NCBI RefSeq assembly: GCF_913774285.1
Contig: NZ_CAJYHX010000017.1
Span: 2,873 to 66,872, forward strand
DNA length: 64,000 nt
Direction of reading: 5' to 3'
From: an uncultured Sphingomonas sp.
GTDB lineage: Bacteria > Pseudomonadota > Alphaproteobacteria > Sphingomonadales > Sphingomonadaceae
This document shows, in pieces, positions 38,489 to 48,867 of this stretch (position 1 is its first letter; each line of letters starts with the position of its first letter). Made by a program: the position numbers and the translations under genes. Below the pieces are notes generated by a model, which had not been told where the DNA came from, ran no database searches, and was given only the letters and a program-made list of their open reading frames with translations.

Positions 38489-40115
38489 AAATGGCCTCCT
38501 TGAACGGTGCCATGCCGATGCGGCGGTAGGTATCGACAAAGCGCTCGCCGGGGGTGCGCTCGCGGACATAGACGTCGGTCGCGCGCTCGATCGCGTCGAC
38601 GACGCCATCCTCGCTGAAGCCGGGGCCGGTGATGTCGGCCAGGCTGACATCCTCCGCGCCCGAGCCGCCGAGCAGCAGCTGGTAATTCTCGGTGCCTTTC
38701 CGGTCGACGCCGAGGATTCCGATATGGCCGGCATGATGGTGGCCGCAGGCATTGATGCAGCCCGAGATCTTGAGCTTGAGCTCGCCCAGGTCACGCTGGC
38801 GCGCCGGATCGGCGAAGCGTTCGCTGATCTTCTGCGCGAGCGGGATCGAGCGGGCATTGGCGAGGCTGCAATAATCGAGGCCCGGGCAGGCGATGATGTC
38901 GCTGATCAGGTCGAGATTGGCCTCGGCCAGCCCGGCCTCGCGCAGCGCCGTCCAGACTGCAAAGAGGTCCGCCTTGCGGACGTGCGGCAGCACGATATTC
39001 TGGGCATGCGTGACGCGAAGCTCGTCGAAGCTATAGCGCTCGGCGAGGTCGGCCATCACGTCGATCTGGTCGGCCGAGGCGTCGCCCGGGATGCCGCCGA
39101 TCGGCTTGAGGCTGATCGTGACCACGGCATAGCCCGGCGCCTGGTGCGCGTGGACGTTCTGGTCGAGCCACACGGCGAAATCAGGGTCGCTGCGATCCAG
39201 GGTGTCGGGAGCATCAGCCTCGAACGCCGGGGGCGCGAAATAGGCGGCGATGCGGTCGAACTCGGCCTGGGGCGGGTCGATGCCGAGCGCCTTCACCGCC
39301 TGGAACTCTTCCTCCACCTGGCGGGCATATTCCTCGGCGCCGAGCGCGTGGATGAGGATCTTGATCCGCGCCTTGTAGATATTGTCGCGCCGGCCGTGGC
39401 GATTGTAGACGCGCAGGCAGGCTTCCAGATAGCTCACGAAGTCGGCGAAGGGCACGAACTCCTTGATCAGCGCGGCGATCATCGGGGTGCGGCCCATGCC
39501 GCCGCCCGCATAGATGCGCGCGCCGAGTTCGCCCGCGTCGTTCCGCACGATCTGGATTCCAATGTCGTGCAGACGCATCGCCGCGCGATCGGTGTCGCTG
39601 GCGATCACCGCGATCTTGAACTTGCGCGGCAAATAGCTGAATTCGGGGTGGAAGGTGCTCCACTGGCGGAGCAGCTCGGCCCAGGGGCGCGGATCGGTGA
39701 TCTCGTCGGCGGCCGCGCCTGCGAACTGGTCCGAACTGATGTTGCGGATGCAGTTGCCGCTGGTCTGGATGGCATGCATCTCCACCGTCGCCAGCTCGGC
39801 GAGGATGTCGGGTGCGTCCTCCAGCTTGATCCAGTTGTACTGGAGGTTCTGGCGGGTCGTGAAATGGCCATAGCCGCGGTCGTACTTGCGGGCGATGTGG
39901 GCCAGCAGGTGCATCTGGCGGCTGTTGAGCGTGCCATAGGGCACTGCCACGCGCAGCATGTACGCGTGCAGCTGGAGGTACAGCCCGTTCATCAGCCGCA
40001 GCGGCTTGAACTGATCCTCGGTCATGTGGCCGGCGAGGCGGCGCTGGACCTGGTCGCGGAATTCCTCGACGCGCGCGGCGACGATGGAGGCATCATATTC
40101 GTCGTACTTGTACAT
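38481..40115 (-). CDS. cysI: Sulfite reductase hemoprotein (nitrite/sulfite reductase)
   Basis: RLMNGLYLQLHAYMLRV, HFTTRQN, TSGNCIRN, LPRKFKIA, ACPGLDYCSLA, KISGCINACGHH. Confidence 0.95.
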   Translation of the reverse strand: MYKYDEYDASIVAARVEEFRDQVQRRLAGHMTEDQFKPLRLMNGLYLQLHAYMLRVAVPYGTLNSRQMHLLAHIARKYDRGYGHFTTRQNLQYNWIKLEDAPDILAELATVEMHAIQTSGNCIRNISSDQFAGAAADEITDPRPWAELLRQWSTFHPEFSYLPRKFKIAVIASDTDRAAMRLHDIGIQIVRNDAGELGARIYAGGGMGRTPMIAALIKEFVPFADFVSYLEACLRVYNRHGRRDNIYKARIKILIHALGAEEYARQVEEEFQAVKALGIDPPQAEFDRIAAYFAPPAFEADAPDTLDRSDPDFAVWLDQNVHAHQAPGYAVVTISLKPIGGIPGDASADQIDVMADLAERYSFDELRVTHAQNIVLPHVRKADLFAVWTALREAGLAEANLDLISDIIACPGLDYCSLANARSIPLAQKISERFADPARQRDLGELKLKISGCINACGHHHAGHIGILGVDRKGTENYQLLLGGSGAEDVSLADITGPGFSEDGVVDAIERATDVYVRERTPGERFVDTYRRIGMAPFKEAIYG

Positions 40116-40118
40116 GGT

Positions 40119-40415
40119 TCAGATCACCCAGCTTCCGGCCTGCGGGTCGGCGGGCTTGAGGGTCAGGTCGGGGCGAACGGTGGGGCCGAGCGCGCGGATG
40201 CGGTCCTTGATGTGCGCGGGGCGGGGACCTTCGGGCGTCGCCTCGGCATCGATCACATAGGGTACGTTGACGCGGCGCGCGGCCTCTTCGGTCGCGGCGA
40301 GCACGTCGCCCTTGTCGCCCACGTCCACCGCCTCGGCGAGGTGGCGCGACCAACTCTCGCCGGTCCACCAGACCACATCGCCGGTGGCGAGATCATTGCC
40401 GGTCAGCAGCTTCAT
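40119..40415 (-). CDS. DUF2849 family protein
   Basis: MKLLTGNDLATGDVVWWTG...PAHIKDRIRALGPTVRPD; between cobA and cysI. Confidence 0.85.
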   Translation of the reverse strand: MKLLTGNDLATGDVVWWTGESWSRHLAEAVDVGDKGDVLAATEEAARRVNVPYVIDAEATPEGPRPAHIKDRIRALGPTVRPDLTLKPADPQAGSWVI

Positions 40416-41209
40416 GCCTGGTCTTCCCCAAGAGTCTCGGCGGTGCGCGCCCAGCGGGCGAGCTTGTCCTCGGCATCGGCGAGCAGCGTCACCTCGCCGA
40501 CGACGATGATCGCGGGGCTCTGCACATCCTCGCGCTCGACCATCGGGCCGAGATCGGCGAGCAGCGTGCGGATCGCGCGGTGGCCTTCCAGCGTGGCGCG
40601 CTCGAGCACCGCCACCGGCATGTCCGGCGCGACGCCGTCGGCCATCAGCTTGTCGGCAATGGCGGAGGCGGTGGCCACGCCCATGTAGATCACCAGCGTG
40701 CGGCCCTTGCCGGCGAGGCCCGACCAGTCCTGGTCGGTCAGCCCCTTGCACTGGCCGGCGACGAAGCTGACCGCGCTCGACCAGTCGCGATGGGTGAGCG
40801 GCAGCATCGCCTCGGCGGCGGCGCCGAGCGCGGCGGAGACGCCGGGGATCACTTCCACCGGCAGCCCGGCCTCGCGCACGGCCTCCACTTCCTCGCCGCC
40901 GCGGCCGAAGATGAACGGATCGCCGCCCTTGAGCCGGACGACGACCGCGCCGGTCTTCACATGCGCGACGATCAGCGCGTTGATCGATTCCTGCGGCAGC
41001 GTGTGCTTCGAGCGACGCTTGGCGACCGAGATGCGGTGCGCTTGGGGGGCCAGATCGAGCACGCGATCGTCGACCAGCCCGTCATGAACGAGCACGTCGC
41101 ACGCTTTCAGCGCCTCGACGGCTCGGACGGTGAGCAGGCCCGGGTCGCCGGGGCCCGCGCCCACGAGGATCACGCGGCCGCGGGAGTTGGGGTCGAGAAG
41201 CGTTGCCAT
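40412..41209 (-). CDS. cobA: Uroporphyrinogen-III C-methyltransferase (CobA/CysG-A)
   Basis: LVGAGPGDPGLLT, VRLKGGDPFIFGRGGEE, VIPGVSA, PLTHR, VIYMG. Confidence 0.95.
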   Translation of the reverse strand: MATLLDPNSRGRVILVGAGPGDPGLLTVRAVEALKACDVLVHDGLVDDRVLDLAPQAHRISVAKRRSKHTLPQESINALIVAHVKTGAVVVRLKGGDPFIFGRGGEEVEAVREAGLPVEVIPGVSAALGAAAEAMLPLTHRDWSSAVSFVAGQCKGLTDQDWSGLAGKGRTLVIYMGVATASAIADKLMADGVAPDMPVAVLERATLEGHRAIRTLLADLGPMVEREDVQSPAIIVVGEVTLLADAEDKLARWARTAETLGEDQA

Positions 41210-41292
41210 GATGCCGCACATGGCCCGGTGGCTGCGGCAGGGCAATGGAGGATCGGTTTGGGGCGGCTAAGGGATTCTTTGCCGTTCGCGCC

Positions 41293-41766
41293 TCAGCCTT
41301 CCGCGCGCCAGTCGCCGGACTTGCCGCCGGTCTTGGTCAGCAGGCGGATGTCGCTCAGCACCATGCCCTTATCCAGCGCCTTGGCCATGTCGTAGAGCGT
41401 CAGCAGCGTCACCGACACGGCGGTGAGCGCCTCCATCTCCACGCCCGTCTTGCCTTCGGTAGCGGCGGTGGCGGTGGCGGTGATGCCGGTTTCGTCGAGG
41501 TCGAGGTCGATCGCGACGCGGGTGAGGGGCAGGGGATGGCAGAGCGGGATCAGCTCCGAGGCCTTCTTCGCCGCCATGATCCCGGCGATGCGCGCGGTGG
41601 CGAGCACGTCGCCCTTCTTCACGCTGCCATCGCGGATCGCCGCGGCGGCCTCGGCCGACATGGTGATGCGGCCCCGCGCCAGCGCCTCGCGCGCGGTGAC
41701 CGCCTTGCCGCCGACATCCACCATGTGCGCCGCGCCGGTTTCGTCGAGATGGGTAAGCCCGCTCAC
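41293..41766 (-). CDS. moaC: Cyclic pyranopterin monophosphate synthase
   Basis: [61 protein letters not shown]. Confidence 0.97.
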   Translation of the reverse strand: MSGLTHLDETGAAHMVDVGGKAVTAREALARGRITMSAEAAAAIRDGSVKKGDVLATARIAGIMAAKKASELIPLCHPLPLTRVAIDLDLDETGITATATAATEGKTGVEMEALTAVSVTLLTLYDMAKALDKGMVLSDIRLLTKTGGKSGDWRAEG

Positions 41767-42533
41767 CCGACCAGCGCCCGCGTCGCTGCCTCGACATCGG
41801 CCTGCCGCATCAGCGACTCGCCGATCAGGAAGCAGCGGATGTCATGCTCGGCCATCGCGTCGAGATCGGCGCGGTTGTTGAGCCCGGACTCGGCGACGAA
41901 GGTACAGTCCTTGGGCGCATGCCGCACGAGATCGTACGTCTTCTGCACGTCGACCTCGAAGGTCTTCAAATTGCGGTTGTTCACTCCGATCAGCCGCGAC
42001 TTGAGCTTGAGCGCGCGCTCCAGTTCGTCAGCATCATGGACCTCGACCAGCGCGTCCATGCCCTGCTCGCTCGCGGCCGCTTCGATCTCGGCCATCTGGC
42101 CGTCGTCGAGCGCGGATACGATGATCAGGATCGCGTCGGCGCCGATCGCGCGCGATTCCTCCACCTGCCAAGGGTCGATCAGGAAGTCCTTGCGGATCAC
42201 CGGCAGGTCGCACGCGGCACGCGCGGCGATCAGATAGTCTTCGTGCCCCTGGAAATACTCCTGGTCGGTCAGCACCGAAAGGCATGCCGCGCCGCCGGCA
42301 GCATAGGCGCGGGCATGGGCGGGCGGATCGAAATCGGCGCGGATAAGCCCCTTGGACGGGCTCGCCTTCTTGATCTCGGCGATCAGGCCATAGCCGCCGG
42401 CCGCGGCACGCGCATCGAGCGCTGCCTTGAAGCCGCGCGGCGCGGTGGGCGTCGGCCAGGCAGGCCGCGCCGCCTTGCGGGCGGCGACTTCGGTGCGCTT
42501 GGTGGCGATGATCGTGTCGAGAATGGTGCTCAT
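41763..42533 (-). CDS. trpC: Indole-3-glycerol phosphate synthase
   Basis: [49 protein letters not shown]. Confidence 0.97.
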   Translation of the reverse strand: MSTILDTIIATKRTEVAARKAARPAWPTPTAPRGFKAALDARAAAGGYGLIAEIKKASPSKGLIRADFDPPAHARAYAAGGAACLSVLTDQEYFQGHEDYLIAARAACDLPVIRKDFLIDPWQVEESRAIGADAILIIVSALDDGQMAEIEAAASEQGMDALVEVHDADELERALKLKSRLIGVNNRNLKTFEVDVQKTYDLVRHAPKDCTFVAESGLNNRADLDAMAEHDIRCFLIGESLMRQADVEAATRALVG

Positions 42534-43525
42534 GCGAAGGCGATCCAGCAGTCGAGAAGGGCGTTGGCAAGCCCGTTGTCGAGCATCTCGGCGGCTTCCT
42601 CCACCCCGTCCCGTAGGTCATCGGCGCGGCCCGCGACCATCAGTGCGGCGGCCGCGTTGAGCAGCACCGCGTCGCGATAGGCGCCGTGCTCGCCCTGGAG
42701 CAGGCGGCGCAGGGCGAGGGCGTTGTATTCGGGATCGCCGCCGCGAATCGCGGCCAGCGGATGGCGCGGCAGGCCGGCATCCTCGGGCGTGATGCGGGTC
42801 GGCAGCTTGGCGCGGCCGACATTGACAACGACGCTTGCTGCCTCGGTGGACAGTTCGTCGAGCGCATCCTCTCCCGAGACGACCGCCGCCGCCTCGACGC
42901 CCAATTGCTCCAGCGCCTCGGCATAGACTGGGGCATAGTCAGGCCGCGCGATGCCGATCAGCTGGTGGCGGACATGCGCGGGATTGGCGAGCGGGCCCAT
43001 CAGGTTGAAGATCGTCCGCCGCCCGATCCGCCGCCGGATCGGCGCGATGCGGCCGAGCGACGGGTGATGGTGCTGCGCGAACAGGAAGGCGATGCCGATT
43101 TCATGCAGGCTCTCCTCCGCGCGCGCCGCGGCCCGGTCGAGGTTCAGCCCCAGCGCCTCCAGCGTATCGGCGGCACCGGCCTTGGACGAGGCGGCGCGGT
43201 TGCCATGCTTCGCCACCGGCACGCCGGCAGCCGCCACGACGAGGCTTACTGCGGTCGATACGTTGAGCGTGTGATGCCCGTCGCCGCCGGTGCCGCACAC
43301 GTCGATCGCCCCCTCGGGGGCGGTGATCGGGATCAGCCGGTTGCGCAGCGCGCGGGCGGCCTCGGCGATTTCGATGCTGGTCTCGCCGCGCACGGAAAGC
43401 GCGATGAGGAACGCCTCGATCTCCGCCTCGGGCGCGGTGCCGTCGAGAATGTCGGCAAAGGCTTGCGCGGCAGTTTCGCGGGCAAGCGGGGAGGACGGGT
43501 CGGGAAGCAGGCTCAGGCTGGTCAC
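42530..43525 (-). CDS. trpD: Anthranilate phosphoribosyltransferase
   Basis: GTG start at 43525. [47 protein letters not shown]. Confidence 0.96.
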   Translation of the reverse strand: MTSLSLLPDPSSPLARETAAQAFADILDGTAPEAEIEAFLIALSVRGETSIEIAEAARALRNRLIPITAPEGAIDVCGTGGDGHHTLNVSTAVSLVVAAAGVPVAKHGNRAASSKAGAADTLEALGLNLDRAAARAEESLHEIGIAFLFAQHHHPSLGRIAPIRRRIGRRTIFNLMGPLANPAHVRHQLIGIARPDYAPVYAEALEQLGVEAAAVVSGEDALDELSTEAASVVVNVGRAKLPTRITPEDAGLPRHPLAAIRGGDPEYNALALRRLLQGEHGAYRDAVLLNAAAALMVAGRADDLRDGVEEAAEMLDNGLANALLDCWIAFA

Positions 43526-43581
43526 GCCGCCTCTATTCCGGGACGGGGCCAGCCTGTCGAGCAAATCCTGCTTGGGGTGGC

Positions 43582-43989
43582 TTAGTTGCTCTTCTTCGGC
43601 TTGGTATAGGGCACGAACTCGCCGAGCGAGACGAAGCCGCGGGGGAAGAACGAATTGCGGTCGATCAGCCGCACCGTGTCGATGCTGCACAGCTGCGATC
43701 CGAAGGTGTTGGTCACCAGGATCGAATTGTCGTCGAGCTGCTCGGCGCCGCCGCGCGGCTGGTTCACGTACAGCGTGTTGCCAACGGTATAGATGATCGC
43801 CTTGCCGTCGATGATCTGGCTGGATCCGGTTCGATCCAGGCTGATGCAATCGACCGGCTTGCCCGCGACTCGGCCGTCGAGCAGCTTGGCAAGCTTCTCC
43901 TCGGGCGTTGCGCGGTGGCGCTGGGCATTGGCGACGGGCGCCGCGAGCAGCGCGGCACCGGCGAGCAGGGTAGCGAGGATCGTCTTCAT
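43582..43989 (-). CDS. Secreted hypothetical protein with two Cys
   Basis: Signal peptide MKTILATLLAGAALLAAPVANA; GRVAGKPVDCI...LYVN...QLCSID..GEFVPY. Confidence 0.75.
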   Translation of the reverse strand: MKTILATLLAGAALLAAPVANAQRHRATPEEKLAKLLDGRVAGKPVDCISLDRTGSSQIIDGKAIIYTVGNTLYVNQPRGGAEQLDDNSILVTNTFGSQLCSIDTVRLIDRNSFFPRGFVSLGEFVPYTKPKKSN

Positions 43990-44034
43990 GCCGACTCTCC
44001 TAGCACATCCGCGATGAACCGAGCCTGACGAAAG

Positions 44035-44619
44035 TCAGGCCGTGGCGGTCGCCTCGATGCCGGCCAGCCGCAGGAAATTGGCGAGCATCGCATGGCCATG
44101 CTCTGTCGCGATACTTTCCGGATGGAACTGTACGCTGTGGATCGGCAGCGAAGCGTGGCGGAAGCCCATCACCGATCCGTCCTCGGCGGTGGCGTTCACC
44201 ACCAGGTTGTCGGGAATGTCGGTGACGATCAGCGAGTGATAGCGCGTCGCGGTGAAGGGCGAGGGCAGGTCGGTGAACAGTCCTGTTCCATCATGCGTGA
44301 CCGGGGAGGTCTTGCCGTGCATCAGCCCGCCGCGCACCACACTGCCGCCGAAATGCTGGCCGATCGCCTGGTGCCCCAGGCACACGCCGAGCAGCGGCTT
44401 GCGCTGATCGGCGCAGGCGGCGACCAGATCGAGGCTGATCCCGGCCTCGTTCGGGGTGCATGGGCCGGGGGAGATGAGGAAACCCTGCGCATTGCTGGCG
44501 ATCGCTTCGTTTGCGGTCAGCGCGTCGTTGCGCACCACCTGCACCTCCACGCCCAGTTCCATCAGATAGTGGACGAGGTTCCAGGTGAAGCTGTCGTAAT
44601 TGTCGAGAACGAGGATCAT
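44035..44619 (-). CDS. trpG: Anthranilate synthase component II (glutamine amidotransferase)
   Basis: [37 protein letters not shown]. Confidence 0.96.
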   Translation of the reverse strand: MILVLDNYDSFTWNLVHYLMELGVEVQVVRNDALTANEAIASNAQGFLISPGPCTPNEAGISLDLVAACADQRKPLLGVCLGHQAIGQHFGGSVVRGGLMHGKTSPVTHDGTGLFTDLPSPFTATRYHSLIVTDIPDNLVVNATAEDGSVMGFRHASLPIHSVQFHPESIATEHGHAMLANFLRLAGIEATATA

Positions 44620-44731
44620 GGCGCAGACCTAGGCGCTCGGGCGCCGATGCACAATCCGGCCTTGCGGGTGCCACAGTGCCGCGGCACCGCTGATGGGGCA
44701 GGGACGTTGTGTCGCCTCCAGGAGTATTCCC

Positions 44732-45142
44732 ATGCTTGCCCGTTTGATGCTTGCCACCGCCCTGCTCGCCGCACCGGCGTTCGCCCAGACCCAGGATCAG
44801 ACGACCGCCGATGGCCCGCCCAAGCGGGTGCGCAGCATCCTGCTCTATGGGCAGGAGAGCTGCCCCAAGCCGGCCAATCCGGACGAGATCGTCGTTTGCT
44901 CGAACGCGGGTGATTCGCCCTACCGCATCCCCAAGCGCTTCCGCGACCAGCCCAAGGAAGACGCGCCCTCGACCAGCTGGTCGCGCCGGATGGAAGTGGT
45001 GGAGGAAGTTAACAGCCGCGGCCTGCCGAACACCTGCTCGGCGGTCGGCACCGGCGGCCAGACCGGCTGCACGCGGCAGATGCTGCAGCAATGGTATCAG
45101 GACAAGCTGGACAAGGAAGCGAAGGCGTCGCGCGTTCCCTGA
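44732..45142 (+). CDS. Secreted hypothetical protein with four Cys
   Basis: SD AGGAG, signal peptide MLARLMLATALLAAPAFA, LYGQESCPKP..EIVVC..PYRIPK, CSAVGTGGQTGC. Confidence 0.75.
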   Translation: MLARLMLATALLAAPAFAQTQDQTTADGPPKRVRSILLYGQESCPKPANPDEIVVCSNAGDSPYRIPKRFRDQPKEDAPSTSWSRRMEVVEEVNSRGLPNTCSAVGTGGQTGCTRQMLQQWYQDKLDKEAKASRVP

Positions 45143-45169
45143 TCGTGGCCTTTCCCACTTTTAACTAGC

Positions 45170-45266
45170 CGTCATCCCCGCGAAGGCGGGGATCCATTGG
45201 CGCTGATGCCGCGGTTCCTTCCCCCGGCGCACAGGGCAATGGATTCCCGCTTTCGCGGGAATGACG
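45170..45266. repeat. CGTC-tagged REP doublet (REPIN-like)
   Basis: CGTCATCCCCGCGAAGGCGGGGATCCA ... TGGATTCCCGCTTTCGCGGGAATGACG; same family as 62759-62853. Confidence 0.85.
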
Positions 45267-45318
45267 TCGGTTTTGGGTGATGCCGTTGTCGCGGCCGCAT
45301 TCGGCGGTTGCTGCTTCC

Positions 45319-46806
45319 TTACTGCCCGAAACCCGCCTCGCTGGCCCGCGCGATCGCCTCGCGCGCGGCGGCGAACAGCGCGCCGGACTTGGCCTCGCAC
45401 TCGCGCTGCTCATAGGCCGGGTCGGAGTCGGCGACGATGCCGGCACCGGCCTGCACGTGCATCACGCCATCCTTCACCAATGCGGTGCGCAGGACGATGC
45501 ACGAGTCCATCGAACCGTCAGGCGAGAAATAGCCCACGCCGCCCGCATAGGGGCCGCGCGTCTCCGCTTCCAGCTCGGCAATGATCTCGCAGGCGCGCAC
45601 CTTCGGCGCGCCGCTGACCGTGCCCGCCGGAAAGCCGGCGAACAGCGCGTCGATCGCGTCCGCATCCTTGCGCAGCTTGCCCACCACGTTCGACACGATG
45701 TGCATCACATGGCTGTAGAACTCGACCGTGTAGCTGTCCGTGACCTTGACGCTGCCGGGCGCAGCGGCGCGGCCGACATCGTTGCGACCGAGATCGAGCA
45801 GCATCAGATGCTCGGCGCGCTCCTTGGGATCGGCGAGCAGCGAGGTGCGGTTGGCCTCGTCCTCGGCAGCGGTGCGGCCGCGCGGCCGGGTGCCGGCGAT
45901 CGGGCGGATGGTGATCTCGCCGTCGCGGGCGCGGACCAGGATCTCCGGGCTCGATCCGGTGAGCGCGAAGCCCGGCAGGTCGAGATGGTAGAGGAAAGGC
46001 GAGGGGTTGATCCGCCGCAGCGCGCGGTAGAGCTCGAACGGCGGCAGCGGGAAGGGCGCGGTGAAGCGCTGGGCCAGCACCACCTGAAAGATGTCGCCTG
46101 CCGCGATATACTCCTTCGCCGCCGCGACCATCTCGCCATAGCGGCCTTCCGGCAGGACCGGCGTCGGCTGGATCGCCAGCGGATCGGCGCGGACGGGGGC
46201 GGGCAGGGCGGCGGTGGCGAGCTGCGCGGCAATCGCGTCGATGCGCTCGGCCGCGCATTCGGGATCGGCGCCCGGCCATACGGGGGCGACGAAGAACAGC
46301 GTGTCCGCCAGCCGGTCGAACACCAGCAGCACCGTCGGCCGCACGAAGATCATGTCGGGTACGCCGACCGGGCTCTGCGGCGGGCGGGGGAGCTTCTCGA
46401 CCAGCCCCACCGTCTCATAGCTGAAATAGCCGACCAGGCAGGCCAGCGCGCGCGGCAGCTCGGCCGGCACGTCCATGCGGCAATCGGCGACCAGCGTGCG
46501 CAGGGCGGTGAGCGGGTCGTCCGACAGCGGCTCAAAGGCAGCGCGATCGGTGAGCCACTGCCGGTTGATCTCGGCCTCAGTGCCGGTCGCACGGAACACC
46601 AGGTCGGGCGCGAGCCCGATCAGGCTGTGCCGCCCGCGGACCGATCCGCCCTCGACCGACTCCAGCAGAAAGTCGCCCCGGCCCGGCTCGATAAGCTTGA
46701 GCGCGGCGGCGACCGGCGTCTCGGTATCGGCGACCTGCTGGCGCCAGACCAAAGCGGGCCGGCCGGCAGCGAGCGCGGCGCGGGCGGCGTCGAGGCCCTG
46801 GATCAC
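45319..46806 (-). CDS. trpE: Anthranilate synthase component I
   Basis: FLLESVEGG, GDIFQVV, NPSPFL, SSPEILV, PIAGTRPRG, EHLMLLDLGRND, GFPAGTVSGAPK, QAGAGIV. Confidence 0.97.
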   Translation of the reverse strand: MIQGLDAARAALAAGRPALVWRQQVADTETPVAAALKLIEPGRGDFLLESVEGGSVRGRHSLIGLAPDLVFRATGTEAEINRQWLTDRAAFEPLSDDPLTALRTLVADCRMDVPAELPRALACLVGYFSYETVGLVEKLPRPPQSPVGVPDMIFVRPTVLLVFDRLADTLFFVAPVWPGADPECAAERIDAIAAQLATAALPAPVRADPLAIQPTPVLPEGRYGEMVAAAKEYIAAGDIFQVVLAQRFTAPFPLPPFELYRALRRINPSPFLYHLDLPGFALTGSSPEILVRARDGEITIRPIAGTRPRGRTAAEDEANRTSLLADPKERAEHLMLLDLGRNDVGRAAAPGSVKVTDSYTVEFYSHVMHIVSNVVGKLRKDADAIDALFAGFPAGTVSGAPKVRACEIIAELEAETRGPYAGGVGYFSPDGSMDSCIVLRTALVKDGVMHVQAGAGIVADSDPAYEQRECEAKSGALFAAAREAIARASEAGFGQ

Positions 46807-48749
46807 TGGCCGCTGGCGCCCGTGCGCTGCAGGTCGGCGCGGAGGCGGGCGATTGCCGCTTCGTTGCGACGGACCTTGAGCGCGCTTACCAGCGAGGCGG
46901 CGAACTGGCGCTCATATTCCTGCGCGCCCACCTGGCCCAGCGCCTGCGTGATCGACTGAAGCATCTGCGGGCCCTGCGGATCGCCGGCAAGGCTCCCCGG
47001 CTGGATCGTGTCGACATAGACGACATAATAGCCGCCGCGGTTCGGCGCCTCGACCAGGCGCGCGGTCTTGGCCGGCATGTCGAACGCCATCTGGATGAAG
47101 TTCTCCTTGCCGCGCAGCTCGCTGCGCTTGAAGTCGAACGACTTGGGCGGCGCACCCTTGGTTGCACCCGCTTCGGCCAGCGCCTGTGCCATCGGCACGC
47201 CCTTCTGCAGTTTGGGCAGCATTGCGGTTGCAGCGCTGCGCGCCTTGGCGAGCGCCTGGTCGAGCAGATAATCGGCCTTCACCTTCTCGGTGATCTGCGC
47301 AAGCGGACGCGGCGCGGCGGGCACGATCTTCTCGAGCGAAACCAGCGCGAAGCTGCCGTCCTGGCCGACCGGCACCACCTGCGGCTCGTCGCCGGCCTGT
47401 TCGAAGCCAAAGCCGGCCTTGATCACCGCCGCGGCGGTGGCGTCCGGCTGATAGGCGGCATTGTCCGGATCGGTGCCGTTGGCGATCAGCGCGGGGCTGC
47501 GCACCGCAGTCAGCTTGGCCTTGGCAACCGCTTCGTCGAAGGTCGCGCCGTCGCCGACGGCATCCTCGATCGCCTGGCGCGAATCGGCGAGCAGCGCGGC
47601 GAGCTTGCGCTTGGCGACTTCCTCGGTCAGCTCGCCGCGGACCTGGTCGAGGCTGCGGGCGGCGATCTTCTCAACCTTGGTCACGCGGTAGACGAACCAG
47701 GCGCCACCGAGCTGGACCGGGCCCTGCATCGCAGTCGCCGGGGCGGCGAAGGCGGCATCCGCGAAGGATGCCGAGACCTGCTTGGCGATGCCGGTCTTGT
47801 CGCTGGCGTCGATGGTGCGGGCCTCCAGACCGGCGGCCTTGGCGGCTGCGGCCAGGTCTCCGCCCTTGGCGGCGGCAGCGACCTTGGCGGCGACCGACTG
47901 GCTGATCGCCTGGACCAGCTCGACACCGCGCTTCTCGCTGGCGGTGTATTTGGCGGCATCCTTCTTGTAGGCGGCGGCGATCTCGGCCTCGGTCGGCGCG
48001 GCCTGTGCCTTCAGCGCGTCGGGCTGGGCGAGCGCGTAGCGGACAATGCGGCGCTCGGGCACCTGATAGCGGCTGCGGTTCTGCGCGTAATAGCCGGCCA
48101 GCGTATTGGCGTCGGGTGCGGGGCCCGGGTCCATCGCCAGCGACTGGACGAAGCCGACGATGCCGGTGCGGCGCTCGAGCAGCGTCGCGACATAGGGGGT
48201 CACCACGCCGGCGGGGGCAGGCGCGCGCAGGGCGACCGGACCAACCAGCCAGGCGGCGTAGCGCTGCGTCGTCATCCCCTCGCGGAACGCCGCCGGGGTG
48301 AGCTGATTCTGCGCGAGCAACTGCTCGAAGGTCTGCTGGCTGAACTTGCCGTCCATGCCGGCGAACTGCGGATTGTTGGCAATGTCGGTGTCGATCAGCT
48401 TCTTGCCGACTGCCATGCCGTTCTGGTTCGCGAATGCCTCGATCGCGGCGGTGTTGACGGCGTCGTTCAGCGCGGCCTCGAACCCGCCCTGCGCCAGCAC
48501 CTGCGCCATCGTGACCTTCTGGCCCTGCTGCTGTGCGTTGCGGACATAGCGTTCCAGCCGCTCGCGCACCTGCTGCTCGGTCACCTTCTCGCCGGCCACG
48601 GTCGCCAGCGCGCCGCTGCTGCCGGTGATCCCCTGGCGCATGCCGGTGACGTCACTCGCCGCAAAGGCAATCGCGAGCAGGCCCAGGAAGATGAAGACGA
48701 TGATCAGGCCGTAGCGCGACTTGGTGAAGTTCCGGAAGGCGTTGAGCAT
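46803..48749 (-). CDS. ppiD: PpiD/SurA-N domain periplasmic chaperone (peptidylprolyl isomerase family)
   Basis: Start MLNAFRNFTKS; N-terminal TM, ATVAGEKVT, FAGMDGKFS, YQVPERR; usual position between tpiA and trpE. Confidence 0.82.
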   Translation of the reverse strand: MLNAFRNFTKSRYGLIIVFIFLGLLAIAFAASDVTGMRQGITGSSGALATVAGEKVTEQQVRERLERYVRNAQQQGQKVTMAQVLAQGGFEAALNDAVNTAAIEAFANQNGMAVGKKLIDTDIANNPQFAGMDGKFSQQTFEQLLAQNQLTPAAFREGMTTQRYAAWLVGPVALRAPAPAGVVTPYVATLLERRTGIVGFVQSLAMDPGPAPDANTLAGYYAQNRSRYQVPERRIVRYALAQPDALKAQAAPTEAEIAAAYKKDAAKYTASEKRGVELVQAISQSVAAKVAAAAKGGDLAAAAKAAGLEARTIDASDKTGIAKQVSASFADAAFAAPATAMQGPVQLGGAWFVYRVTKVEKIAARSLDQVRGELTEEVAKRKLAALLADSRQAIEDAVGDGATFDEAVAKAKLTAVRSPALIANGTDPDNAAYQPDATAAAVIKAGFGFEQAGDEPQVVPVGQDGSFALVSLEKIVPAAPRPLAQITEKVKADYLLDQALAKARSAATAMLPKLQKGVPMAQALAEAGATKGAPPKSFDFKRSELRGKENFIQMAFDMPAKTARLVEAPNRGGYYVVYVDTIQPGSLAGDPQGPQMLQSITQALGQVGAQEYERQFAASLVSALKVRRNEAAIARLRADLQRTGASGQ

Positions 48750-48867
48750 GGAGAGCCGTTCGTTCGAGGAATTTGGGCCCGCTTTAGGGCCGGTGTCGCG
48801 CGCCTTCAAGCTTGTGCCGCGCGGCGCAATCGGTATCGACTGTGCCGAAACATTCGGGGAGTGATGG

